The notes beneath the pieces were generated by a model. It worked only from the letters and a program-made list of their open reading frames with translations. It was not told the DNA's origin and did no database searches. From an uncultured virus (IMG/VR IMGVR_UViG_3300037488_003116) (lineage: Duplodnaviria; Heunggongvirae; Uroviricota; Caudoviricetes): DNA of 20,000 nt. Positions 1 through 8,940 of the stretch are shown here, one piece after another. Within the stretch, counting starts at the first letter, position 1; each line of letters opens with the position of its first letter. The stretch is taken from IMG/VR virus record IMGVR_UViG_3300037488_003116. The stretch is one strand, 5' to 3'. The translations under genes and the position numbers were made by a program.

Positions 1-453
1 TCCATTGTATTGTAGTGCCAAGTTGGACATCTCATTCCTGTCCAGACCTCCTGTGGCATCAGGCAGGATAACTCTGAGGACTGTCCTGCCACATTCCGTG
101 GCTTCGACGAACAGAACATCGAAGTTCTTGATAATGCCTGCGACCCGGTCCCCGGCAGTGTAGATCACTCCGTCTTTGATCTGATCGACGATGATGCCTA
201 AGATGTCATGAGCTACTTCTATTGGGAGAGGACAACAGATCTGCAGATTGAGATGCTTGCTGGTGACCTCTAGCCCATGTGTATGCATGTTGTACTCGTA
301 GGGGGCCTCGTCGTCGTCCATAACGAAGTGGACATACCATCCATACTTTACCATGTTCTCTTTCTCGCGGGCCTCCAGTGCATCACATACGGGCTTATCG
401 AGTTTGTCATGCTTGGGCTGATCTGGGTTAGGCCCTATTATTTTTCGATTCAT
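1..453 (-). CDS. DUF4262-like protein (runs off the window edge)
   Basis: Not in ORF track. ATG at 453 after AAGGAG; open to base 1: MNRKIIG...KYGWYVHFVMDDDEAPYEYNMHTHGL...HLNLQI...VLRVILPDATG. The GWxVxxV / TxGL / PDxxG pattern resembles DUF4262. Confidence 0.65.
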   Translation of the reverse strand, partial: MNRKIIGPNPDQPKHDKLDKPVCDALEAREKENMVKYGWYVHFVMDDDEAPYEYNMHTHGLEVTSKHLNLQICCPLPIEVAHDILGIIVDQIKDGVIYTAGDRVAGIIKNFDVLFVEATECGRTVLRVILPDATGGLDRNEMSNLALQYNG

Positions 454-463
454 GCGTCTCCTT

Positions 464-643
464 TCAGCAGATTCTTTTGATTCGTTTCAGAAACTCAGGG
501 TTGGCTTCTCTGCACAAAGGCTTACCCAGTTCCTGGCATCTCTTGCCACATAGGGTACAGAGTAGTGGACAGAGCTCGGGTGAGCATTCAGTGGTAACTG
601 AGGCGTCCTCAAAAGTGAGGACTACCTCAGTCTGTTTAGGCAC
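464..643 (-). CDS. Small Cys-rich hypothetical protein (59 aa)
   Basis: GTG at 643 overlapping the upstream stop, GAAGG upstream; MPKQTEVVLTFEDASVTTECSPELCPLLCTLCGKRCQELGKPLC... (7 Cys). Confidence 0.6.
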   Translation of the reverse strand: MPKQTEVVLTFEDASVTTECSPELCPLLCTLCGKRCQELGKPLCREANPEFLKRIKRIC

Positions 644-866
644 GGATGCCTTCTTCAGTGTCTCTTCTCCGGTCATTGTAATACTCCGCTGTGTGGGTGC
701 GTTCGACGTCCGTTGCTCCGAGAGCACGCTCGATGAATTCCGTGAGGGCTTCGCAATCTTTCCCTTCGAATCCCTCAGTGGATTTATGTACCGTGACTCC
801 GTCGTTCTCGAACGTCAGCGTCACAGTCCGTTCTTTCGGGGCTTCACCTCTTGTTCTTGAGTTCAT
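636..866 (-). CDS. DUF2997 family protein
   Basis: GGAGGT SD then ATG 866; TEGFEGKDCEALTEFIERALG...HTAEYY matches the DUF2997 signature; adjacent to DUF1257 as is typical. Confidence 0.85.
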   Translation of the reverse strand: MNSRTRGEAPKERTVTLTFENDGVTVHKSTEGFEGKDCEALTEFIERALGATDVERTHTAEYYNDRRRDTEEGIRA

Positions 867-870
867 TGTA

Positions 871-1308
871 TTACCTCCCTCTCCGGAGCATGGCTCTCGG
901 ATCTTCTGCAAGTTTGAATCTGATTTGAGTACGCCCACGGTCATCCCGGGCCTCAGTGTACTCAATGCTCTGCGAATCCAACTCCATTTTGGTGGTTTCT
1001 ATTCCGCAATAGGTGGCCACCTGGGTTTGCCACGCGGTACTGTAATGTTGCCTGCCACCGTAATTATAGTCGTCAATGTGGGCGACATATGTTCCGTCCT
1101 TGGCCCTCTCCCAGCCGATGTCACTGCCACAGATGTCCTTGCGAACGACAACATTCGCCATGAACTTTTCTTCCTTGTGATAGCCACAGCACTGGATGGC
1201 CTGTTCATGGATCTCGATCCTGTTCTGCGGGATGCCTACCCTGAGCAGAGCTCTGACCAGGGCCTGGGGATTTCCGATTTTTGTCTTTACTGTCGCTACA
1301 TGACTCAT
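871..1308 (-). CDS. DUF1257 (Ycf35-like) family protein
   Basis: MSHxxTVKTKI...LVRAL, GY, ANVVVR, DIGWER.DGTY..HID motifs; AAGGAGG SD. Confidence 0.85.
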   Translation of the reverse strand: MSHVATVKTKIGNPQALVRALLRVGIPQNRIEIHEQAIQCCGYHKEEKFMANVVVRKDICGSDIGWERAKDGTYVAHIDDYNYGGRQHYSTAWQTQVATYCGIETTKMELDSQSIEYTEARDDRGRTQIRFKLAEDPRAMLRRGR

Positions 1309-1334
1309 TGAGCCTCCTTGTTAGGGTTTGATTT

Positions 1335-1340
1335 ATTATA
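1335..1340 (-). promoter_or_regulatory. Possible -10 box (TATAAT) upstream of the DUF1257/DUF2997 genes
   Basis: Perfect TATAAT on the minus strand within the 1309-1372 intergenic gap; no good -35. Confidence 0.3.
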
Positions 1341-1372
1341 CGCAGATTTCATTCCGAACCTTCAGAATATTG

Positions 1373-1891
1373 TCAGAGATTGATGGGACTCTTGGGATTA
1401 TTTTTACGGAAATCCTCAAGCAGTTCTACAGAGAGTATGCTACTCTCCTTGTCTATTGTCGCCATATACTTTGCTCGGAAAAATGCTACACCGGCTTCCG
1501 CATTGGGGGCTTCGAAGACGTCCCGGGTCTTTACTAGTCCGGTGATAACATATTTTTTATTCTCAGGCTTGAGACTGAGCCAGGACACTAGCCAATGCCT
1601 TACGTACACATACAATTGGTCTAAACCTCGGTTGCCCTTGGCATTGACTATCTTCATAAAATAATCCGCTTTGAGTTCATAGGCAATTTTACAGCGCTCG
1701 TCAACGTACGCCGCAAAAGCCTCGACTTGTTCAGGGGTCATGGCCTGACGTTTGATCTCAACTTTATTTGCTCTTTCCTTATCCCGGAGACCCTCTGACC
1801 ATTCCTGTTCAGTATACTCCTCACCGCAGACTGTCTCAGCGATCATGGCCGGGAGAAAGGGAAGGTTCTCATAGGGTGGTAATTTTTTCAT
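1373..1891 (-). CDS. Hypothetical protein
   Basis: Start moved to ATG 1891 (GAGGG SD, ATGA overlap with upstream gene); MKKLPPYENL... Confidence 0.75.
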   Translation of the reverse strand: MKKLPPYENLPFLPAMIAETVCGEEYTEQEWSEGLRDKERANKVEIKRQAMTPEQVEAFAAYVDERCKIAYELKADYFMKIVNAKGNRGLDQLYVYVRHWLVSWLSLKPENKKYVITGLVKTRDVFEAPNAEAGVAFFRAKYMATIDKESSILSVELLEDFRKNNPKSPINL

Positions 1892-2082
1892 ACTACCCTC
1901 TCTAAGTTTTTCGTATGGATGAGGAAAGGCTTTCGCATACCACCTTGTGGCATGCGAAAGCATACTCCTACATCACCAGTAGCGCCGGATTGCGGGTGCT
2001 CCTCGGTAATGACTCCTTCGCTCCCTTTATCGATACTATGAAGTCGTTTTGTAAGACGTACCTTAGCCCCTACTTTAAACAT
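1888..2082 (-). CDS. Small hypothetical protein, possible SH3/KOW-like beta fold
   Basis: GAGGA SD, ATG 2082; MFKVGAKVRL...KGSEGVI...VGVCF pattern. Confidence 0.7.
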   Translation of the reverse strand: MFKVGAKVRLTKRLHSIDKGSEGVITEEHPQSGATGDVGVCFRMPQGGMRKPFLIHTKNLERVV

Positions 2083-2752
2083 CTTTTTTCCTCTCGACGA
2101 GCATGGCGAGTACTGCAGGCCTGTATCTGTCAAGCAAACTTATCGGCTCCGACTGTAACGCTTCAGGCAACTCTGAGGGTTCGCTTGAAAGATCAAGACC
2201 CAGTTCACTGGGCTCTACATTCTGGATAAAGCCATGATTCGATAGCCTCTGTACGATGAAGGATATCCTGTTTGCCGGTGTATTCACTGAACAATCTCTG
2301 ATTGTGACCAGACCCCCTTTAATTTTGAGCCTCTTGGGGGTGTATGTGAGGGTCTTGCCACGATATCCACGATCCAGTTCTCTCATCAGATAATTTTGCA
2401 CATCTCGGCGACCCTTTTCAATCTTATACTCTTCTTCTTTCCGGGCATCCATCTCTTCAGCAATCCTTTTCTGCTCTGATGCCCAGGCGTCGAACTTCGC
2501 TTTGTCTTTGAGTGTGACGGCCTGAAGGTAATGGTTATTGATTTTTGTTACCTTTATCGGAAGATTTGCCCCCAGTTCATAGCTGTACACCATCTCTTGG
2601 ATGGTGGGAGAATGATTCTCCTGCACCACGCTACCCCATAGGGGCTCATAACCTTTTTCAATGGCGTCATTGACGATGTCCGCAAGACCTTTGGATGTCT
2701 CGGACAATAGAATTTCGAACGCTCTCGAATCAACTGCGATCGCTTTGCACAT
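2075..2752 (-). CDS. Hypothetical protein (225 aa)
   Basis: GGAGGG SD, tiles with neighbours. Confidence 0.8.
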   Translation of the reverse strand: MCKAIAVDSRAFEILLSETSKGLADIVNDAIEKGYEPLWGSVVQENHSPTIQEMVYSYELGANLPIKVTKINNHYLQAVTLKDKAKFDAWASEQKRIAEEMDARKEEEYKIEKGRRDVQNYLMRELDRGYRGKTLTYTPKRLKIKGGLVTIRDCSVNTPANRISFIVQRLSNHGFIQNVEPSELGLDLSSEPSELPEALQSEPISLLDRYRPAVLAMLVERKKDV

Positions 2753-2753
2753 A

Positions 2754-3032
2754 TTATTTGCCCTCCAGTTTATGGTTTATTTCACCGCAATTACGCTCCC
2801 ATTTGCTGTAGAGATCTTTGCCATTAACACAGGCATGTGTTCTCATGTGCTGAGACGTGAGCATGCCATTCAGCCATATCGAGAAGAAAACAGTTTCATT
2901 CCCGAAGTTCGCTTTGATCTCGTCTGCCCTTTTATAGGCAATGGCTTCATTTGTGTCTGCAAAAATTACTTCTTTAGTTTTATCTTCATACACATCATTC
3001 TGTTCTTCGATCACATAGATGGGATCACTCAT
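2754..3032 (-). CDS. Hypothetical protein
   Basis: GAGGT SD, tiling. Confidence 0.75.
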   Translation of the reverse strand: MSDPIYVIEEQNDVYEDKTKEVIFADTNEAIAYKRADEIKANFGNETVFFSIWLNGMLTSQHMRTHACVNGKDLYSKWERNCGEINHKLEGK

Positions 3033-3041
3033 TTTCGTACC

Positions 3042-3266
3042 TCAAAGGTTAAAGTGCTTTTCAATGGCTCGGTGAATCGGGGTTGGTTCACAGGGTTTTT
3101 TATTGGTATCATACAACCTCACACGGCTATTATCGGGGAGCTCTATGATGAGTACGTCATATAACTTTTTATCCGATTCATAACTGTGATAGGTGATGGA
3201 ACAGGCATGGCCTTTATAGAGGCATGCCCCTTCCACCCTGTTAAAGTTTTTCGTTATAGTTGCCAT
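3042..3266 (-). CDS. Hypothetical protein
   Basis: GAGGA SD, tiling. Confidence 0.7.
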   Translation of the reverse strand: MATITKNFNRVEGACLYKGHACSITYHSYESDKKLYDVLIIELPDNSRVRLYDTNKKPCEPTPIHRAIEKHFNL

Positions 3267-3433
3267 TCGTCGTCCTCACAGAAATCTATCCCGGCAACCT
3301 CGCTTACCAGAAGTATCTGGGCTTCGACTTCTCTCTGTCCTTCTTCCGGCAGGGAGGTTATCGAGACGACCTTACCCGGAGCTACGAGGACGCGAGGGGG
3401 TGGATACAAATAGGGTTTTTCATCATCACTCAT
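3254..3433 (-). CDS. Small acidic hypothetical protein (59 aa)
   Basis: Not in track; ATGA overlap with the radical SAM stop; MSDDEKPYLYPPPRVLVAPGKVV...CEDDEWQL fills the gap. Confidence 0.65.
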   Translation of the reverse strand: MSDDEKPYLYPPPRVLVAPGKVVSITSLPEEGQREVEAQILLVSEVAGIDFCEDDEWQL

Positions 3434-4206
3434 ATTGCTATAGCCTCCTCTTGTTCGACATAAGGTTTGCTGTACCCCCTGATTATGTCAGGTAGGGATT
3501 GGGTCAGAACATTGCCCTTCGACTCCTGATCGGCTCGTCTGAAGGACATGTTGCAACTGCTGACCACGTTGCCGTTGGCTGCAACATATACCAAGTCACT
3601 AGAACTGTCAGGGAATGTGATTCTCCCGTTGTCTTCCTCGTCTATGACCCATGGACTCTGCTGTTCAGGGTCGTCAGTCATATACTTGTTGACTGCTCTA
3701 CCCTCTCTGAGAGGGTTATTGATTGGGTGAGTCCGACTGTTGAGGGCTAAATAAGGCCTCTCAGCTTCATAGACCCCTTCGTCGGGATCATATGCCCTAT
3801 AGAACTTATTGAGGTCAATTTTGTACAATTCCTCTGTATGGTACTGGTCCCTTGACACAGACAGACAGCATGCTTCCGGAGAATCCGCATAGGAATAGAG
3901 TCGGTCGACTGCTGCCATAAACTTTCGCCAGCCGTTCCGGGTCTTGCCGTTCGTTACAATGTAGAAGGCCCCGAAAGTGATCTTTTTCCAGAGACATTCC
4001 TGGAGGAACCTTTCTATGACCTCGGAGGCCAGGGATGGCTCACCGCCAGTGAAGGATATCATGCTTATGTATTCTACATCAGCCAGAGCTAGGCCAATGA
4101 TTTGGGGGGTCATAGTAATTTGTTGAGGGGACCCTCGGAGGCAATGGGCACATTTCATGTTACATTTTCTGGTAACCTCCAGGACGAGGTTTGGAATTTG
4201 AAGCAT
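3430..4206 (-). CDS. Radical SAM protein
   Basis: EVTRKCNMKCAHC (CxxxCxxC), FTGGEP, IVTNG, SVSRDQYH, C-terminal NGNVVSSC. ATG 4206 has an AAGGA SD; ATG 4221 lacks one. Confidence 0.92.
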   Translation of the reverse strand: MLQIPNLVLEVTRKCNMKCAHCLRGSPQQITMTPQIIGLALADVEYISMISFTGGEPSLASEVIERFLQECLWKKITFGAFYIVTNGKTRNGWRKFMAAVDRLYSYADSPEACCLSVSRDQYHTEELYKIDLNKFYRAYDPDEGVYEAERPYLALNSRTHPINNPLREGRAVNKYMTDDPEQQSPWVIDEEDNGRITFPDSSSDLVYVAANGNVVSSCNMSFRRADQESKGNVLTQSLPDIIRGYSKPYVEQEEAIAI

Positions 4207-4242
4207 ATCTTTTCCTTTCATGTGGGGGGAGGGGTGGACGGA

Positions 4243-4260
4243 GCGGCGGCGTAGTAAGCC
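4243..4260. repeat. 18-bp repeat GCGGCGGCGTAGTAAGCC, copy 1
   Basis: Identical to 9665-9682. Confidence 0.9.
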
Positions 4261-4266
4261 TTGGCG

Positions 4267-4605
4267 TTATCTCGGGATAGCTGCGCTTTTGAGAGCCTTA
4301 TAGATGAGGGACTGCTCACAGACCTTATCAAGAAGGCTAGAAAAGCTACGACAAGACAACCGTGTACGACTACCAACTCCACACAATAGTTCAAACAGAT
4401 CGGAAACCTCCTTGTTAGTGAATGTTATCGTGACTGTATCGGGAGGAGGGGCGACATCTTTCCACAGGTGAATTGGTATCGCTACATTTGCCAGTGCCGT
4501 AAAGTAGCGGCGCAATTCCACGGGGGTGCGATTGTCCAAAGTGGTGAGAAGCTTTTCAAGCTCCCGCCGAAAGTATTCCACATCGACTCCATAACTGTTT
4601 TCCAT
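4267..4605 (-). CDS. Hypothetical protein
   Basis: AAGGAG SD before ATG 4605 (MENSYGVDVEYF...). Confidence 0.75.
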   Translation of the reverse strand: MENSYGVDVEYFRRELEKLLTTLDNRTPVELRRYFTALANVAIPIHLWKDVAPPPDTVTITFTNKEVSDLFELLCGVGSRTRLSCRSFSSLLDKVCEQSLIYKALKSAAIPR

Positions 4606-4607
4606 AG

Positions 4608-5153
4608 CTACTCCTTCTGGTTTGTCCATGCTTGTATGAGCCGGTCCCGTTCGGCTTCTACAAACTTTCTCAGCCTTAGTTTTGACCTTTTAAATTCACC
4701 GTCAAACGTATTCGGATTAGGCTCCATAATTTTTGTTACGTACGCAATATGGGTACCTATTTTAGGGTATATTAAAAAACCTATCTCATACCCATGTGAT
4801 AAACGCCATTCTTCAATGATCCCTATCGAGAAGATATTCTTGATGTCTACAGGTTGTGTCTCAGGGGAGAAACCTATAGCTCGGATGTTCCACACGCCAG
4901 GATTATCAGGTGAGCTGGGCTCATCATCAGGATCATCGATTATCTTGGTTGTACCTATAGGGGCCAATGCCTTGAGCGCTTCCCTATATCTATCCACCTT
5001 ACTCTGTAAATCGAGTGACTCTAAATTTATTTCATCCGCCTCACTCCGTACATTGAGAAATTCTGACTCTAATTTGTATGATTCGCTCGCCAGGTCTATG
5101 CGATTTCTGTACCCTCTCATGTCTTCGGGGAAGCGTAACAAATGTATCTCCAT
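4608..5153 (-). CDS. Hypothetical protein with N-terminal coiled-coil-like segment
   Basis: AAGGAG SD; 181 aa; locally AT-rich. Confidence 0.75.
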   Translation of the reverse strand: MEIHLLRFPEDMRGYRNRIDLASESYKLESEFLNVRSEADEINLESLDLQSKVDRYREALKALAPIGTTKIIDDPDDEPSSPDNPGVWNIRAIGFSPETQPVDIKNIFSIGIIEEWRLSHGYEIGFLIYPKIGTHIAYVTKIMEPNPNTFDGEFKRSKLRLRKFVEAERDRLIQAWTNQKE

Positions 5154-5156
5154 ACT

Positions 5157-5261
5157 TTACTCCTTTCCGAATGTGTGCCCAAGCAGGTAGAGTTTCTTCC
5201 AGTATTCCACGTAAAATCCATGCTGAATGCCAACTGACGTGTTCATAAGAAAATGTTTCAC
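5157..5261 (-). CDS. Small hypothetical protein (34 aa)
   Basis: AAGGAG SD + GTG; MKHFLMNTSVGIQHGFYVEYWKKLYLLGHTFGKE fills the gap. Confidence 0.5.
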   Translation of the reverse strand: MKHFLMNTSVGIQHGFYVEYWKKLYLLGHTFGKE

Positions 5262-5273
5262 ATCTACTCCTTG

Positions 5274-5450
5274 TTATAGTTCCATGAAGATAAGAGTCCG
5301 CTCTTTACTCTGCAGAACCCATGTTGCTTCTTCCAAAGCACGCTCGGAGGTAAAGAAAGCGGACGTATATTGTTCCTTGTGTACGTAACCACAGGTTCCG
5401 CAGGTCTCTATCTGAGTCCAACGAACTCTGTACTTGGGTCTTAAGGACAT
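5274..5450 (-). CDS. Small hypothetical protein with CxxC (58 aa)
   Basis: GGAG SD + ATG 5450; MSLRPKYRVRWTQIETCGTCGYVH...; tiles better than the 5305-5517 track ORF. Confidence 0.6.
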   Translation of the reverse strand: MSLRPKYRVRWTQIETCGTCGYVHKEQYTSAFFTSERALEEATWVLQSKERTLIFMEL

Positions 5451-5716
5451 ACAAAACTCCAGTTCTCATTGTATATGATGTCTCGCTCACGGTATCGAAC
5501 AGCGACGGGGAAGCCAAGGAACCTTACTAAGCACATCTTACATCCGGGTACTTTAAGGGGGTCATCAGCAATCGCCCATGCCTTAGACTTGGTGTCGAAG
5601 CCATAAGGACCGCCCCGGTTGATGGCCATGTAGGGAGGGATAGAGCCCGGCTCATACAGACTGAGCAGGGCCTCGGGATTAGGAAACAATACTGAGACGT
5701 CACAGGGGCCAATCAT
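5441..5716 (-). CDS. Hypothetical protein
   Basis: AAGGAG SD before ATG 5716 (MIGPCD...). Confidence 0.65.
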   Translation of the reverse strand: MIGPCDVSVLFPNPEALLSLYEPGSIPPYMAINRGGPYGFDTKSKAWAIADDPLKVPGCKMCLVRFLGFPVAVRYRERDIIYNENWSFVCP

Positions 5717-6173
5717 TCTGGCTCCTTCGCAGAGTGGAGTTAAGCCATGCCGTGGCTTCTTCAACTGAATTAACTCTCTTAGAAGCTTTCGATATACTAC
5801 CCTCTATACGAAAGACTTCATAACGGTGAGTAATGCAAGCAGAGGTAATGTACATGTTACCGATCTCATTCGTCTCTTCAAGATCGGTATAGAAGTGATA
5901 GGCCAAAACATTATGCTCGTTAACTCTTGTCGTGACTGAGCACACTTGTCGGGGTCTAATTAATACTACCGTCTGTGGAGAGTCTGCATCTTCAACAGTA
6001 ACATATGTACCGTTTAGATTCTTTCGGGTATAATGAGAGTCTCCTGCTTGCTTTGTTATGGTAGCGCCGGGATACTTGCGGGCTAATGCCCGGAACTGCT
6101 TACGCCGGTCCCGGGCACTGCCATTCAGATTAACTGTAATTGAATCACGTACATTTAATTTCATCGCTTTCAC
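5700..6173 (-). CDS. Hypothetical protein
   Basis: TAAGGA SD + GTG; 157 aa. Confidence 0.7.
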   Translation of the reverse strand: MKAMKLNVRDSITVNLNGSARDRRKQFRALARKYPGATITKQAGDSHYTRKNLNGTYVTVEDADSPQTVVLIRPRQVCSVTTRVNEHNVLAYHFYTDLEETNEIGNMYITSACITHRYEVFRIEGSISKASKRVNSVEEATAWLNSTLRRSQNDWPL

Positions 6174-6654
6174 TCCTTATGCACCTTTTTAATTTTTCTT
6201 TTAATTCATCGCTGAGATCATCCAAATTATTTAGTATTTGAAACTGCCTTTCAGTTAGGACTATATCTTTTCCACTCAGGAACATATCGTGTAGATCTGA
6301 AAGATCTGTTTCTTTCTGAAGAAGGGCTATCTGCTTTTCGGTTTCTCTGATATGCTCCTTAATGTTCTGGATAAGTTGCCTTCGATATTCGGAATCAGAG
6401 TGATCAATTATTTCCGTCCCCTCTAATGTGCACCCATAATAGATACTAAGATCGGGCTGTTTTCGATACGCCTCTCGATACTCTTCTGTGTCGCCTTCTC
6501 CTAATAAAAAGTCCCCGGGACATGGGCCACGAGTAAATTTAGATCTTAATTCACTAAGGGCGTCAACAATCATGCCCTCCGCTTTTTTAATCCCCTCTGG
6601 TTCCTTACTATATACTGAGAAGGTGACTGTCAAAGTTATTTCAGTCGTCTGCAT
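6145..6654 (-). CDS. Hypothetical protein
   Basis: AAGGAG SD; 169 aa. Confidence 0.8.
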   Translation of the reverse strand: MQTTEITLTVTFSVYSKEPEGIKKAEGMIVDALSELRSKFTRGPCPGDFLLGEGDTEEYREAYRKQPDLSIYYGCTLEGTEIIDHSDSEYRRQLIQNIKEHIRETEKQIALLQKETDLSDLHDMFLSGKDIVLTERQFQILNNLDDLSDELKEKLKRCIRSESDEIKCT

Positions 6655-6665
6655 AAGCGTTCTCC

Positions 6666-6857
6666 TTAAAGGGTTATGTTATGTATAGCATCCTGAAGGT
6701 CTCGGTAGTCCCTACGCAATCGCTTTTCATTACTGTAGGGACCGAACGAGAGACCCTTTTGATTAGCAAGGTAGACATGGATGTAGTTCGAGTCTACATC
6801 CGTAAATCGTACCTTTTTGATGTTCCTTGTACGGAACCATCCCCTGAAGCGACTCAT
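6666..6857 (-). CDS. Small basic hypothetical protein
   Basis: ATGA overlap, tiling. Confidence 0.65.
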   Translation of the reverse strand: MSRFRGWFRTRNIKKVRFTDVDSNYIHVYLANQKGLSFGPYSNEKRLRRDYRDLQDAIHNITL

Positions 6858-7141
6858 CGGAAGTCGCCTTTCTTTTTTCGCAGAGCTTGAACCTTCTCAG
6901 AGACGTCATACTCCTCGTAAGAGATGCCAAGTATGAAACAAGCTTTATAGCGGATCCATTTCTCTGAGTCTATCCGGTGCATGGTGAATTCTGTCTCACT
7001 ATGCTTCCGGACATAGACCTCATAGTAGAACCCACCCCCAGCCCAAGACTTTGTCTCGGAGCTTGCTTTGACCTCGGCAAACTCGGACAGGTCGATGACA
7101 TGAAACCCGTGGATGGAATCTTCAACGATTATCTGCATCAT
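6854..7141 (-). CDS. Hypothetical protein
   Basis: Tiling with overlapping start/stop. Confidence 0.7.
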   Translation of the reverse strand: MMQIIVEDSIHGFHVIDLSEFAEVKASSETKSWAGGGFYYEVYVRKHSETEFTMHRIDSEKWIRYKACFILGISYEEYDVSEKVQALRKKKGDFR

Positions 7142-7797
7142 TCAAGCCCTTTCAGGAAGTCATTCACATCCTGGGCGGTCTCTAACGATATCTTCAGGTT
7201 GAGGACGTCATCATCACTTATCCGGGTAGTCCGCTCAGGCTTAGCCTCTGCCCGGGTATCGTCCTTTACCTTTTCTACAAGAGATTGTAGTTTTCCCCTC
7301 ACAAATTTCTTCATGAGGGCCTTCATCTCTTCCGGGGAGGGGGGAACAAAACTCTTCACGTCAGAGTGTATGACGTGGTCTTCTCCCGATGCATCCCTAC
7401 AGATAATATCCCATTCGTCCACAGCTCCATCCTCTTGGAGCATTTGGAGAAAACCTGTCAAATAGATTTCATTTTTCTGCAACTCGGCGACCTGTCCCTC
7501 CGTGGTTACGAGCAGTGCTCGGTCCTGTATGGCATATTTAATCTCCTCGATGTGAACTCCAGCCATCTGCATGCCGCTTAGGATGAAGTTCAGTGTGGCA
7601 TTCTTTGGCCCTACCCTGAACACGGTCTCTATTCCTTCCGGTAAGTGCCGGAGGATACTCCTCTTTTCATCTCTGGTCAGTTCCCGAGGGCAACGGAATT
7701 CCACTTCGAGAACTTCATCATCTTTACTTCGATTCGTGACTGAAGGCTCGACATTGAGCCCCACACACGCTTCATGTATGATCTCTTGCCACATCAT
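7138..7797 (-). CDS. Hypothetical protein (219 aa)
   Basis: AAGGA SD; C-terminal ISDDDVLNLKISLETAQDVNDFL. Confidence 0.8.
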   Translation of the reverse strand: MMWQEIIHEACVGLNVEPSVTNRSKDDEVLEVEFRCPRELTRDEKRSILRHLPEGIETVFRVGPKNATLNFILSGMQMAGVHIEEIKYAIQDRALLVTTEGQVAELQKNEIYLTGFLQMLQEDGAVDEWDIICRDASGEDHVIHSDVKSFVPPSPEEMKALMKKFVRGKLQSLVEKVKDDTRAEAKPERTTRISDDDVLNLKISLETAQDVNDFLKGLE

Positions 7798-8045
7798 GGT
7801 TTCCTTTCGTTTGTGTCCTTAGGGGAGTTTTCGATCCTTATCGTGGACTTCCCATCGCGATATACCTCAACACCATCTTCCATTGTTAATGTAAAGCCTT
7901 TCTTCTTGACATACTCCCGGAACATATTATGAATCTTGTCCGGGGAGGCATTACCAAATGACTTCTTCAGGCTACGCTTCAGCAACCACGTTCGTATGGG
8001 ATGAAATCCCTGTATGCATACGATAATTTTTCGTTTCATATTCAC
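7794..8045 (-). CDS. Basic hypothetical protein
   Basis: AAGGAG SD, tiling. Confidence 0.7.
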   Translation of the reverse strand: MNMKRKIIVCIQGFHPIRTWLLKRSLKKSFGNASPDKIHNMFREYVKKKGFTLTMEDGVEVYRDGKSTIRIENSPKDTNERKP

Positions 8046-8053
8046 AATCTCCT

Positions 8054-8263
8054 TTAGAATAATTGACTTGTGCTCTGTCGGGCATATAGTTTGCGGAGCC
8101 AGCCCGAGCGATTCATCATGACCTTACCGTGCCCTCCGCACATCGAGCAGGGTTCACCTTTGTCGGTGATCCTGCTTCCATGCGACTGGCATCTTGGGCA
8201 GGTAAGTTTCTTGGCTGGCTCTAATCTCTGCTTGGATTTATTGAATACCTGGGGCATGCTCAT
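8054..8263 (-). CDS. Small DnaJ-type zinc-finger protein
   Basis: CPRCQSHG ... CSMCGGHG (CxxCxxxG pair). Confidence 0.7.
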   Translation of the reverse strand: MSMPQVFNKSKQRLEPAKKLTCPRCQSHGSRITDKGEPCSMCGGHGKVMMNRSGWLRKLYARQSTSQLF

Positions 8264-8916
8264 GTGGCCTTACCTTTTGATCCGATAATGACTGCAGGGC
8301 TCAACGCTCTGTCCAAATACCTACGCATGTAATATTTGGCATCCTCGCTCAAGTTCCTTCCGAACTCATACAACCTGGCCAGGAACCCGGTCCTAGGTAC
8401 GAGTGCTTCCACAGCGGTGACTCCATCGTGCTGAGCTATGATGCCATCCATCCCGTCTTTGACGGAGACGTTTAAATAGTCGAATGGATTCAAGCCCGCG
8501 GCCTTCAGGCTATCGTACAGAGCCTGAGGAGTGTGGACGTCTGTGACGGTTTTGGTCTGCTCCCAGAGCTGAGGACGTAGAGCTCCAAATAACTGGTTCA
8601 GGAGGTACAACTCCGTGACCTGGAGTGCCGCATCCTTGAGGGCCATCTTGAACTCTATCCGGAGCGGAGGCATCTCTTCCGTACCAAAGGGTTGCACTAC
8701 CCGGACGCAACCAATAAAGTTGCCTCCAGCAGCTTGTTCGGTTCTTAATCCGGATGCCAAGGTTGCCAGGCCATCTCTGGCGACCTTTTCTGCCGTTTCA
8801 TATTGGGCTTTACTGGCCCGGGCAGACAGAGCCTCTCGGGCAGTTGCCACGATCGGGTCTGTGTCAACAGTGACTTCGGGTAGGGTGTTCACTGCTTTTG
8901 TAGTTGCTCTTGCCAT
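8260..8916 (-). CDS. Hypothetical protein (218 aa)
   Basis: AAAGGA SD; Ala-rich helical N-terminus. Confidence 0.85.
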   Translation of the reverse strand: MARATTKAVNTLPEVTVDTDPIVATAREALSARASKAQYETAEKVARDGLATLASGLRTEQAAGGNFIGCVRVVQPFGTEEMPPLRIEFKMALKDAALQVTELYLLNQLFGALRPQLWEQTKTVTDVHTPQALYDSLKAAGLNPFDYLNVSVKDGMDGIIAQHDGVTAVEALVPRTGFLARLYEFGRNLSEDAKYYMRRYLDRALSPAVIIGSKGKAT

Positions 8917-8940
8917 GATCTAATCCTTTCGATAGAGAAA

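Noticed and set aside
691..1311. 206-aa plus-strand ORF
   Set aside because: Antisense shadow of the DUF1257 and DUF2997 genes; no SD
4468..5190. 240-aa plus-strand ORF
   Set aside because: Antisense to SD-supported minus-strand genes; Ser/Leu-rich shadow composition
5305..5517. 70-aa minus-strand track ORF
   Set aside because: The alternative frame 5274-5450 has an SD and tiles better
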